Shown in pieces: positions 13,701 to 26,340 of a stretch of DNA of 64,000 nucleotides. Below the pieces are notes generated by a model that searched no databases, was not told the origin of the DNA, and saw only the letters and a program-made list of their open reading frames with translations. The stretch comes from Podarcis erhardii (Eukaryota): NCBI GenBank assembly GCA_964252035.1, contig OZ176203.1; one strand, written 5' to 3'. Each line of letters opens with the position of its first letter. Within the stretch, counting starts at the first letter, position 1. The position numbers and the translations under genes were made by a program.

Positions 13701-15982
13701 ATAACAGACACATTTAGAGATAAGCAGATAATGTGGAATACAATGTATGTGTGATGTCCTCCACTCATGAACTTGAGAATGATCAGGCCACAGGTACATT
13801 TCCTGAGCAAGTCTCTGTAGCAATTGGCATGTATAAAACAGCCAGGGATATTTTTTAAACCAACGTTATTTAACCAAAGTTACTGTCTTGGTGTGTTTTT
13901 AAGTATTCACAAATAGTCAATTAGGGCTCATTTTGATTATGCAAATTGACATAGGGCATAAATAAATATTGTATAACTTCTCACAAATACTGAAAACACT
14001 GTAGATATTATTTTAAAATAGAGCAACTCTGTTCTACCATTTTGTTCTCAAGATGAGAAATTTATTGTTATAATGAAACATAAAGGGCTAATTTCAAATC
14101 TACAGAAAAGTAGAAATCTATGTCAGCAATTTGCTTAACTACTACCTGAACCACATACTGATCCATAAATATTCATAACATTTGCTTTTTAATTATGCTT
14201 TTATTAAGCTAGAAATATTTATTTGAATCTCTCATGCTAAAAGAGGTAGAAGGGGGAAAGTTTACAAGAAGGTATGGCTTACTCAAATGATACTCAAAAA
14301 AATGATTTCTTTTTCCTTTGATCTTCTCGGATTTGCCACATCAGAGCTAGCATGTCTAGCACTACCAGGAAAAAGCTTTTAACTCTGATATTTTTGTCAC
14401 CTAAGAAAGAGCACTGCTGGGAACTACAACCTTTTAATTGTCATATATGGTATTTAGAGTCTAGCTAATGGTCCCAATTCTCATTTACCCTAAACACTTT
14501 TACTCTGCTCCAGTGGTACTTGGAAAACTTAAATGGAGTACAAATTACACCTAAGTCCATTTAAAGCTATTTAATGATGCCAGAATAATGTTAACAGGTC
14601 TAAGTATAAATGAGAATCAGATATTATAGATGTCTGTCTACTAAGATATAAGGACTGTATTGCCAGCCCTAACAATGCAATTTGACATGGCTTTACTTTT
14701 TCTTATCAATTGCAACTGTCGCTCACTTTTCTTGTGAGAAGAAGGAAATACCAAATTAATGTGGGGCTGTGAAGTAAGAGAGTGGTTAGACACTTTATGC
14801 TTTTTAACTTCAGCATACTTAGCTAAATTTACAATTAAAATTACTGTATTACAAATCATTTTGTATTTTGGATAGCACTTCCACCTGTTACCTGATGCCA
14901 TCAACCTCTTTTAGGTGACAACACCCACCCTTACCCATTCTCATATACTTTTTAGAATAAGCAGAAATGGATTCCGAGAACCTTGAGATAACTAATGTTT
15001 CAGATTAGGAATGCCTTAAGATAAACATCTTTCTCATTTGCAGCCACACAAATGACAGCAAACAAGTTTTCCCTGTCATCACTGGGATGTTTATATTGTG
15101 TTCATAATATGTGAAGTAAATATACAAATGTCCTAGAAAGAATCATCTCGGTGAACATGCTGCTAATTTAGTATGTGACCGTTGGTGCCCTGTGAGAGGA
15201 CATTAACTTCACAGTTTCCCAGTGTTAGCAATCAGTAGTAATGCATAAAGAGGGAAAATGTGGCATGGTTGGCACCACTTGTGCAGTAGATTTTACCCCA
15301 GGATGCAATGAAAATGAACAATCATTCAGCAAGCCTGTTTGGCCGGCCTCTAATTTATCATGGCTTACATCTCTTGCCTGCCAGCAGAGCCGAATTCATA
15401 TGTTATTGTCCCAAACCTGTCACTTTCTGGACTGCTTTTTAATCTTCCACCCAGAATTACATTCAGAAAGGTCACTGCTATCCAATTAGAACCTTATCAA
15501 AGATGCACATGCAGCCTGGATTCCCGCTTATCGAGAATGGGTCATAAATCCAGAAATTGCACATCACAAAGTACCATTACCATAATGAATAACTGAAGGG
15601 GGGGAGTAAAAAACAACAACTGTATTTGCCAAGCAAGCCATTGATTCATTCTTCTGTGTTGTTCATAGCAGGTATATGATAGAAACAGGTTCTTAAGAAG
15701 AGACATATATATAGGAATAGAAGATAATCAAGGACACTTAAACAAGTTAATTCATTTCTTATTTAGATAAAATGGTTCCAGCAGTGTTCTGGTAAAACAC
15801 CGTATTTTATTCCTCGAAACAAAAGATTTATTATTTCAATAATAAAGAAAAGTGGATGCCTATATAAAAAAGTCGAAAAAAGGAATTCATATTCAGGTCT
15901 ATGTGAACAGCTATGATGTGAGTACAACCAAATTCATTAACTGTATGTTTTAAATTCTGAATACAATAATTCACCACATAAT

Positions 15983-16507
15983 TGTCGCCACTGCACAATA
16001 GTCTCACCTTGTTTTTCCACTCAAAAAACTGGAAGATTGCCTTTCATCGTGTAATCATCGCATGGCAACTTCTGAGACTCTGCCAGGCCTCAGGCCCCTT
16101 CCTTGCCTTCTCCAGCCTCCTTTCTAAAAGATAAACGTAAGGGATCCAACACCCCTTCTGCACCTTGCCAACTCTGCCATGAGTTTCCAGGTGACCTTGG
16201 CCGCTTCCTGGAGGTGCTGCATGGGGGCCCAGTGCAGCCACCTCTCCTAGAACCAAGCGAGATAGGGGTCGGCATGGGGGGCTCCTGAAGCGGTGAGGGC
16301 CAAAGTCCAGGCCCTCACTGGCTTGCCACCCGAGTGGAGATACCGTAGCTGTAGGACACAAGGCAAAGTGAAACCTGGCCCAGGGTAATGCTGCTGCTCC
16401 TGCTGCTGCTGCCGCCGCCGCTGCCACCTTAGGCTCATACCCCAAGACATCCCAACAGGTAAGCAACTATGTCTGCCAACTGTATGCAACCCCTTCCTCC
16501 ACCCCTG
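15983..16507. mobile_element. GC-rich insertion, probable DNA-transposon (hAT-like) remnant
   Basis: GC-rich island with a (GCT)n/(GCC)n tract. Its right end CCTCCACCCCTG resembles a hAT CAGGGG terminus. It is flanked by the direct repeat TAATTCACCACATAAT (15967-15982, 16508-16523). Confidence 0.45.
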
Positions 16508-19449
16508 TAATTCACCACATAATGGTCACACACCCCTTTTCTGGGGGGGGGGGAATGACACAAAATCTGCAACCATTATGCAGTGACTTACGAGTACTTA
16601 GTTTGGTGATGCTTGCTGAATCAAAGGAAAATACCGTATTTTAAGTGTATTCAAAAGGTAGTTTAAAATTGTGGCTGTAGTACATTAGGAATGCACACCT
16701 TTCATAAAGTGAATTAGTTACCTTCAATCTTAAAACCAAGTTGATTCACATGTTGTGGAAGATTGCAGAAGTCACATTCACCATTTATTTCATGGGCTGC
16801 ATGGAAATAATCCAGCAAGAGACTGGCCCATGTGGGCATGATGCCATATACTCAAGCTCATCTACAGCAACTCAAAGCTGTGATCTGCAGACCAGTGATC
16901 AGCTGCTGATCTGTGGCAACTCTACCACAGCCCAAGTTAGGTGGGATGTGTCAGGAACCAAATACGGTACTAGTCCGACACATTTGTGGGTGGGGAGTGG
17001 GATTACCAATGCACCACATGAGATAGTTTGAAAAGCACTGTTGTACAGTCACCTACTTCTTCCATTTTCAATTTCCTCCACTAAGCATTCTATTCTAAAC
17101 AATCTCTTTCAAAACCAAAATGAATTACCAATCATTTCGGTTATGGATATTGCACTAAGCCATCTTTGAACAGGACCCCTCTTATTTGCTTCTGAGTTTT
17201 CACACATTTAAACAAGCAGAATGTAATTTTTCATACATTAAGACTGAAAGGGAAAAAGCAGTCAGTGGCACTACAGAGAGCAACTCTGAAGAGCCCTCTG
17301 CAAGTTTCTCCAGTTTATTTTTGTTTTACGTTGATCATGAGAAACAGAAACTATACCCAGGGATTTTTAAATGTTGACAGGCATATATTTTGTAGCTGTA
17401 CATTACTTGCTGACATCTAGTGCTGTCAGGATCTGTCTTCATGCAAAAGTGATTGACCTTTGTTCATAGTTATCAAAACAAGTGAAGAAAAGCAGTAGCA
17501 AAAGCAAACAGTTTGACTAGAGCAGCTGTTGTCCAACTTCAGTGTTCAGATAAATAAATATTTTCATGGAAATTATCAGCTTTATTTTTCAGTCAATTCT
17601 ACCTAAAGATTCTCATCAGCTTAAGAAGCTGGTCAAAATATTTACAGTGCTATCCATCTTATTTTTAAAACCCACTGCCATTAAAAAATATGTAGTAATT
17701 CCACTGTTAATAGCTCTTTTTAAAGTATCTTTCATTCAAGCAAAAAAACCAAAACAAACAAACTACAAGCAATTCTTACAGAACAATTGCAGACTTGAGT
17801 GTGTGGTCAAAGGTCCTGAAAACCTAAATACAGTAATTTACATCCTTACTGAATATTATTCAATGAATGACAAGTGAAAAGGCCCTGTGTTTCCATTCAT
17901 GCTAGTAAGGTCCCCCAAATTTTACCAACCCCTCCATCCCTGCACTTATGCCTTCTGCCCTACTGAAAACTCATCCTGTGGGTTGGGGGGCACTCCATAA
18001 CTGAATGAGATATGATAAAGAGGGCTGCGGTAGGTAGAAGGGGTCATAAAAAAAATCAGGTGTCCTAACTTGCACAAGAAAAAATGTTTCTGCCACCATT
18101 GGATGGACCTACAGACACAAAGCCTATGGATCATGGTTCATAATAAGGATGGTTAGGAAAGTGTCCACTTTGGCTGTCTGAAATTTCTAGCACCTTTGAT
18201 AACTGGATGAAAGAGGTGTCAATCGTTAACTCTCTACTAATTTTCTTAAGTCAGTAACATGTTTGCTAAAACACAATAATACATATTGGTGAATTATCTT
18301 GCACTACTTGCTCCTAAATACGCAGCACTATGTTTTGACTTCCAATCCTTCTAAAAGTCTTGATTTGTACTAATTCTAAAAAATTTAAGCATGTTTCCAT
18401 CATCTTACTGTAAACTAAGCACAGAATTATTGACATAATTTTATTATTACTGCAGCGTAATGGTTACCAACTTTATAAACATGCAGCAAGCCTTTTTTAT
18501 TCTTTTTTATTCTACAGATTATTGTTCCAAAGCACTGCACAGTTACAATTGTCAAAGTACACGAACTATTTCAACAGCAAAGTGCAATGATAGGATGAAT
18601 ACTGTTTCAGCATTTCCAGGTAGCCCATTTCTGGAGGGCTAGCAACTCAAACACAACTGTATTATTTTACTAGGGACGGCATCTTAGTACAAAACATTTC
18701 AACCTTCATTAATCAGATTTCAGCAGGAGTGGAGGAAACTAAGAACACAATAGGGTTTCTTGGTTTTCCCCTCTTGCATTTCCCCCCACCTACAAATTAT
18801 TTGTATTTAGGTCTTGTGTTTCTATTCTGTGAAATAAAGTGACCTTTCTAAAGATTAATTTCTACATGCAAACTTATTTCCTTTGAATGCATCACCCCAT
18901 ACAACCAGCTCTGGGGCATGTCTGAGTAAAGGCATAATCAATGCCTTAAGGTCATGTCATGTCCCATTGCTGACATTTACATGACACTTTGCCTCTGTAT
19001 AAATTCTTGTAGAACTTCAAGTGATATATGTAAGTGGAAACTAAACAAGATGATAACCAAGCAGTTTACTTGGTACTAGGGCTACTTGCCTATTAAAAGA
19101 GACATATTCCAAAAAATGGTGATGAACTTATGTGCCACTAGAAGGAACAAGCAGGACCCGCCCCCCGCTCCCCCAAAAATCAAATTTATATGTCTAAAAT
19201 TTTAGTTACACAAACAGAAACTCCACTTACAGTTCTGTACTAGGGGGATATACAGCTTTATTAAAATAATCTTGTATTTGCACATTAGGCTTCCTACGTA
19301 TTCTTTAGAAGGTACCTGTTTCTCTTCATTGCAGCATTCAGGTCAGGAATGCTCCATATACATTTATAAGGCAGGTACAGCAAGACAAACAGATTTTATC
19401 TCGGGTTCCTGATTCCTTGCATCATGAAAACACACATTATACTCTTCTT

Positions 19450-20000
19450 TATTTCCATATATAAGTTTAAAATTGTATGATTTTAAACTATATTTTAATA
19501 CCAATACAGAAAAGACACATAATAAATAAATAAATAAATCATTAAGATATAATTTCTAAACTTCTGTACTGTACAGACAAAAGAGAAACTGATCCCCATT
19601 TTTCAGTCCCCAAAACTGTCTAGAATACCTTCCAAACTCCAATACCTTCTCTCTGAACCACTGTCTTGCCAGAGATTACAGTTTGAGGAGACAGTGGTAC
19701 CTCGGTTTACATATGCTTCAGGTTACATACGCTTCAGGTTACAGATTCCGCTGACCCAGAAATAGTACCTCAGGTTAAGAACTTTGCTTCAGGATGAACA
19801 GAAACCGTGTGGCGGCAGCAGGAGGCCCCATTAGCTAAAATGGTGCTTCAGGTTAAGAACAGTTTCAGGTTAAGAACGGACCTCCGGAACAAATTAAGTA
19901 CTTAACCCAAGGTACTACTGTATTTCTAACATCCTGAATCACATACAGACATATGCCAGAAAGATGCTCTGCCCACGATACAACAAACGCAGCATATGTT
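19450..20000 (-). mobile_element. Decayed L1-like LINE 3' fragment interrupted by a MITE
   Basis: Minus strand has a ..SFWHMS.. motif resembling the L1 ORF2 C-terminal zinc-binding region, followed by a T-rich 3'UTR-like stretch. Boundaries are approximate. Confidence 0.35.
19692..19920 (+). mobile_element. Tc1/mariner(Tigger)-type MITE, family B copy 1
   Basis: TIRs CAGTGGTACCTCGG and CCAAGGTACTACTG. The right TA is at 19921-19922 and the left flank is GA (mutated TA). Contains repeated TTCAGGTTA motifs. Confidence 0.9.
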
Positions 20001-20756
20001 GATAAGCAACCACCATGTGTTCAAAAATAGCCAAGAAACAAGATGTTCAGGACCAAGATTTTGTTACAGATATTTTTATTAATGAAAAAAAAAAAGGAAT
20101 TGAGGCAAACCAATGACACAAAGCTTTAAGTCTCTTGTTCAAGCTGGACAAAACACTGGCCTTCATTGGTGATTCTCCTGATTTATGTTATGTTATCTGC
20201 TGAAAATAGAACATGCTTTGATTTAAAAACAAAATTATGTGGGATGGATTTCCATTATTTAGAAGCCAATTTACTTAGCTATAGGAACGTCTAGCATTTA
20301 AGAGGTTCCTAGATGTCTCCCTTAACACAATTTATTGCAAGCCCATACAACTTGTGACTCACTGAGCTGAATGCAGCTTGTAAATACAAGAAGTAATGCC
20401 TACCTGTAAGGTTCTTGCCAATGTACATACTTTAGTGGTAGTCCCTGGTACCTGGTACCCTGGTTCCCATTCAGTCTATGGTGGCAGAACACTTACTTGA
20501 GAGTAAGGAAAATATCAGATAAACGGTACAGACTCAGCAACAGTTATAGAGGCAAGAGGACCACCGAACAACAAGAGATAGAGATACGAAATGCTGGGCG
20601 GGGGGAAGCATATAAACAAATGTTTATATGCTGCCTTTCATCCCTCAAAAGGACCTCCAAACCACAAACATATATCTTAATATGATAAAAAGCAAGAGCA
20701 GTGAAAACTTGCTCTTCAAGAACCCTAAAAATATAGTAAAAATAAATTAATTCACA

Positions 20757-20930
20757 ATGGCTACTAACCACCTCCAAGGTTGGAGGCAATACCAGTTGCT
20801 GGAAACCACAGGAAGGGAGAGTGCTCTTGTGCTCAGGTCCTTCTTGCAGGCTTCTCATGGACATCTGGCTAGACACTGTGAGAAAAGCATGCTAGCCTAG
20901 GCTGGCCTGATCCAGTGGCGCTGTTCTCAT
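20757..20930 (+). mobile_element. CR1-type 3'UTR fragment
   Basis: TGGCTACTA...GGAGGCAATACCAGTTGCTGG...CACTGTGAGAAAAGCATGCT...GGCCTGATCCAG...CTGTTCTCAT; the same family occurs in reverse near 32893-33050. Confidence 0.7.
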
Positions 20931-22589
20931 ACAGCCACCATACAAAAATATACATGGGTTCTAATAACAGCTATATAGGTTTGTCAAACCTAAACCAGAT
21001 GCTGCCTTCAATGCCGGCTAATAGGTTTGTGGCACACCATCCACCTTGGTTCAACCATCAATATTGGTGCAGCAGTTGTTGATCTCATGAGGAATATAAA
21101 TTTCTAGCATCGCATTGGAGTTGACAGTCAACCAGAGGGTTATGCTGGTGCAGTAATGGGGTCAATGCCATTTTAACAGCAAGAGCCTGTATCATCAGAT
21201 ATTCTGATTTACAGGACTGAATTAGGAAGATGTGGGAGAAAGTCAAGGTATGCACCTTTCTAAAAATTTACAGCTTGACCGTTTGTCTCTTTCTGTTCAA
21301 ATTTCTTATCATCAAAAACTGCTGTCAGCTGGCCACCACACCACTGATGTTGCAGCTTGTCCAACTAGCTGCAATTACAAATTACCACCCCATAGTTTCC
21401 CACATTTAAGGCTGTCACTATAGTTGTCAGAGTGTGTGTAATTGCTGCACAGTACCCTCACAATCGGCTTCTGCACTGATCTATAGAGCCACTCTATTCT
21501 GAAGCTGTCAGAATGCTGACACCAACTGCAGTTAATGACACAGCGTCATCTCCCCAGCTCGTTTACCTGCCGGCCTGCAAACAAATGGACACTGGCAGGG
21601 AAGGAAGAAAGTGAGCAGCAGATACAATATTTATCATAATCACTATGATCCACGATGGAGGAAAATCAATTTCTCTTAATCGAGTAGAGTGACTTATTAA
21701 GGGTTATGAGTCCTGGCTGGGTGGATGCACTGATTTGATTATGTTAAAAGAGAAATTAGCAGCAAGGTCCTAGACCGTCCCTCTGTATCTCTGTCTTCTG
21801 TCTTCAGGTTGTTATTATTTTAAAAGTCTTAGTGTGCAGGTCCTGCTCTGATTGGGGAGACCACAAGTAAACAGGGTGCCAAAAAGGTTTCAGAAGTGTT
21901 GACAAGTAAAGATGTAAACAGTCACAATTTGCCCACTGCAGCATTTTTCATTTATAACTGAAAGAGCAGAACTATGGCACATGGCTGCTGCAAACACAGT
22001 ATCTTCCTATAAGATTTTTAGAAGGTGCTGAGTCAATTTGTCCTTCCTATTTCCCAGATTTGAAAAAGGAGGGCATATAAAACCATTAACTGCAGTCACT
22101 GAGAGCACTGTGTAGTGTGACCATATATTAAAGCCATAAGGATTTTGCAGGATATGATCTATTAAAAGAAAAAAATCTCCCTTTTGTATTCAAACTTTGA
22201 TGCAGGTTTAAGATAGCGAGAAAAATGAGTATTTAAAATTTTAATTTTAAGGCTCATGAACCTTCTAAACTAAGGAAACATATGAAGTATTCTATTATTT
22301 GTGACAATTGCGTGGTAATCATGGTAAACAAAATCCCTAAGTTACACTTCTCTGTTTCCTTTTTTAGTATTTGGAGAGGACTGAGAAATCAGGGTATTAT
22401 CCACTGGTAAGTTCTTCTGCACAAACTATGCCTTTAATTGAACTCCAGTTAATTCAACTGAACCTTGCAACCTTGCACAGAAGAATGTAATGATTTTTAG
22501 CACTTTTATATTAGTTTCGGATATAATATGTGGCAAATTGATAAATAGTGTTTGGAAACTGTGGTAATTTCAAAGGACAGGTGGAAGAG

Positions 22590-22770
22590 GAACATAAAGG
22601 AAGCTCATAGCTTATGTAACCTTTAAAACACAGCATAACTTTTTATATATGTATATGGTTTCAATTCTGGTAATGTTTAATTGTTTGCTCTGTTTTTAGC
22701 GGTTCTTGTTTTTATGTGTATGCTACCTTGAGGAAAAGTTGGGGGTATAAATAAATATATAATAATATAA
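22590..22770 (+). mobile_element. L2-like LINE 3' tail
   Basis: T-rich UTR, then GCTACCTTGAG...GGGTATAAATAAAT, typical of squamate L2 ends (from memory). Confidence 0.45.
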
Positions 22771-24899
22771 TGTGTGTTCTCTAGTTAGTTATGATCATCT
22801 ATCTGCTGAATATCCATACACTTGCTGAATTGAATATACCTATTATTATGTATTGAATTTATATACTGTCCTATACCCAGAGGTCTTAGGGTGGTTCACA
22901 GAAAAGATAGTCTACCTACTGATATCTTCTTCAGAACCATAGAAGTTAACCTGCTTTTCAAGCGTCATAATTTTTGTCCTAATGGTTGTCCTCCAAGAGT
23001 TGCAATAGTAAAAGGGGAAGTTGGGACAGTCTCAAACTGACTAAGGAAGGGGTTCTCTGAAGTCAGTATGATTCCTTGTCTACCTACCATCCAATCCATG
23101 CTGTTTGGCAAATCATAGAGTTTAATACAAACTGATATTTTAATGCAAACTGCTATAGTTCAGCAAAATTCAATACAATATAAAAGATAAATTTTTTAAA
23201 TATGTGAATGGCCAAGCCACATTCTAGAGTTCTTAATGTTTAAACTTAAGCTTAGGAATCCTTCATAAATCTTGACAATCTGCCAACCTTACTTTAGATA
23301 TGGATACTCATACTTTGTTGTTATAACAGAAACCTTGGATTGAGAAATGTGTCAAAGTGTAGTGATTGGTTGTTATAAATATGTATCAGATACCTGAATA
23401 ATTCTTTTAAACATGCCAGCCAAGTGTAGCATCCTCCACCATATCCAAAGCTAGATGTCAGTGTAAAAGCTTTGCTTACGTTACAAGCAATGCAAACCTC
23501 CACATCTCAAAGTGATTTGCCTTGTTACAACATTGAGGTTTACCAATACAATTGGTATCATGAAACTCCTAAACATAAAGGAATACTCTCAAGAACTGCT
23601 CCTTTTAAAACTATTTTATACCACCATTAAGTTAACAAATTCAGCGGTTTTCAAACCGCGTTCCAGGTCACCTGGAACTATAGCAGAGGATTCCTCAATT
23701 AAATTAAATTAACACTGAATTCTAAGAAGGCTCAGTAGACTTGCCTTAACATGAACGAAGTTTATGATTCTTCAGAAACATTTGTAATTCACTAGGGTTT
23801 CTCAACAGCCAAGTTAGAAATGGATCCCCAAGAAGTAAAACATCTGAAAACACTGCAGACAAAAATATCATATTTGCTTATTCCCATTTAAGGACCTCTC
23901 TCTAAAGCTAAAACCATAACAGACATCTCAAGTGTCTTTCCCCCTAATAAACAGAACACTGTAAAATGAACACACTGTACTTTGGGGGCCCACAGTCACA
24001 TTGGGCTATATTCAGAACCTTCCCCAACCCAAGGCAAAAAAAATGCACCCACAAAACCTGCCCCCAAATTAGTGCACAGAATGATATATTAGTCTATGAA
24101 AGTGTCCAGACAGTTTAACAAGTATTTGCAACGATGTGGCAGCTGCCCTGCATGCCCAGGGTTTCTTTTTCAATGAAGCATTTTAATTCAGCATTATATT
24201 TATTTAGTATATATTTTTTAAAATAATAATTTATAGCATAGTAGTTTGTTTTAACAATGCATTTCAAATCTGAATTGCAAGGGAGAAGTTAACTGACCAG
24301 AGGTGAGTTCTGTTATTTTATATTCATGTTTTATATGCTAACCACCTCCAGCTAGGCAGCTGCAAACTTAAATTTAATGACCACATGCCTGCCTTTAAAT
24401 CATCTTCTGAATGCATTTCAGAGAATGGACCATGACAATGGTTTGAAGCTTTATTTTCCTCAGCAGCTACAAGTCATCACAATGCCTCCTCTAATCAGGT
24501 TACTCTGCATCTGCCTGTCACAAATAACCTAGTAACAACTAAATGGATTGCTATAAATCTTTCAATTAGAATGCATAACTTTATTAGCACAATATTTTTG
24601 AACTGACTGCATTACTTTAAATAAGAGCTTTCATTTACTCTGTCACTTGGGGGTCAAATGTGCACACTGGACAGAAGCTGTATAAATACAAAATTTGAAT
24701 CTGGTGATCTCAGGCACCTCCTCTTCATGTTTACAATGCAAGCAAATTACCCAACTGCCAAGATGTTTCAGGTAATGTTAAGAAATGAACTGACAGCAAA
24801 CATAATATGTTATAATTCCACATCTATGCTTGCTAGTCCTTCTATACTGCTCTGCTCTGGGAACTACAATTTCTTTAATAATGCATTTGTCTGTATTAC

Positions 24900-24995
24900 T
24901 TTTAGCTATTTCCATGTTGTGAACAGCCCTAAGATCTATACATGAAGGGTGGTATACAAATCTAATAAATAAATAAAATTAAATAAATAATAATA
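24900..24995 (+). mobile_element. L2-like LINE 3' tail with (TAAA)n
   Basis: GTTGTGAACAGCCCTAAGATCT...GAAGGGTGGTATACAAATCTAATAAATAAATAAA. Confidence 0.55.
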
Positions 24996-25795
24996 CTTAG
25001 GGCCAAACCACCCACTATATGCAATCATGTCTAACTATAGATGGATGCCCCTTTCTTTTATTGAAAAGCGGATCTGAAGGAGATAAATAGTGCGATGAAG
25101 ACACTTAACTCGTTTCCTACTCATTCCCTACTTCCAATATTTTTTTCATCTGACACACTTCTAAATATGTTTTATTTTGTATTACCCTCTCCAAGTGACC
25201 ATTTCTCCATTTGGAGATAAAATATTAAGTGGGAAACAGACAGGATTATTCACCACCTCCCCAAGCAACTTTCAGTTGTTTTTTAAAGGTCATTGGCCGT
25301 GCTTGTTGGGGCTTATGGGAGTTGTGTCACATCAGGAGGACTAAATGTTCCCCACACCTGGGCTAGATAGACTAAATCAGAGCTGGGGAATCAAATGTGG
25401 CCTTTCTGGCCCTTGAGACTTACCCTACATCATGCTCCCTCCCCAGCCCTGCTGAATGTCCTCATTAAGTGCTTTTTCCTGACAAGAATATGTTATTGTA
25501 TTGCAATAATGCCTCTTGCTTGTGTACAAGGATATCTGTATAGAAACCTCTGACTTTTGGGTTACTGGAATGTAGCCTATACAAGGGTAAAAGTCACATC
25601 CACCTACCCTTGCATCTGGCTAAGCCCACTACTGTTATATGCCCACCCAAAAGTCACCCACAAGGCCATGAAGCCTTCAGGCTACAATGGGTCCACCACC
25701 CCTTTACTAAAGGGACCAATAATCTGACTTTGTGTAAAGCACTGTTGGCAAGCAGTTACTTTAAAAGTAGTTTCACTACAACTACTACCTGAAAC

Positions 25796-25920
25796 AAGCA
25801 TTGCCAATATGTTCCTCTCCTGAATTTTTGGACTCCAGCTCCCATAACCCCCAGCCCATGGGTCAAGGATGATGGGAGTTATATTTCATATCATCGGAGC
25901 AGAGCAGGACAGCCCACTGT
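25796..25920. mobile_element. Decayed palindromic hAT-type MITE (ACAACTCCCATC family)
   Basis: GGACTCCAGCTCCCATAACCCCCAGC...GATGATGGGAGTT internal inverted repeat; related to 29869-30006. Confidence 0.65.
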
Positions 25921-26255
25921 CTACCACAATCTAAAAATGTATTTAACTACCACACTTTAGTAAAGCTAAAATTATTATGTGTCCATCTATGTACGTGTAA
26001 GAAAAGCTCTGCCATTTAGTAGACCATCTTTATCTTAGAAGGCAGTATAGGTATGTAAAGAAGTGTTGCAAAACTCATAAAAATACAGTTATATTCTGAA
26101 TAACATTTTATTTCATTTATGATAGAGATTACAGCTTCTGCTAATACTGTATCGTTCATAATGAAAATACAGGGTGATTCATAATGAAGTATAAGTTTCC
26201 TGTATACTTCATTATAAATCACCCTTTATGTTCATTTCCTTGATGACAGTACAGC

Positions 26256-26340
26256 AGCCTTCACCAACTTGAGGAGCTTCAGATGTTTTTGGCTGCAGTT
26301 TCCCATCAGCCCCAGCCCGCACAGTCTGGGGAAGGTTGCT
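26256..26340. mobile_element. Internally deleted copy of the same palindromic hAT-type MITE
   Basis: CAGCCTTCACCAAC...CAGATGTTTTTGG...CCCATCAGCCCCAGC...GGGGAAGGTTG. Confidence 0.65.

Noticed and set aside
16044-16466. 140-aa ORF with a poly-Ala tract
   Set aside because: It comes from a (GCT/GCC)n tract in a GC-rich repeat remnant and has no domain similarity or splice support.
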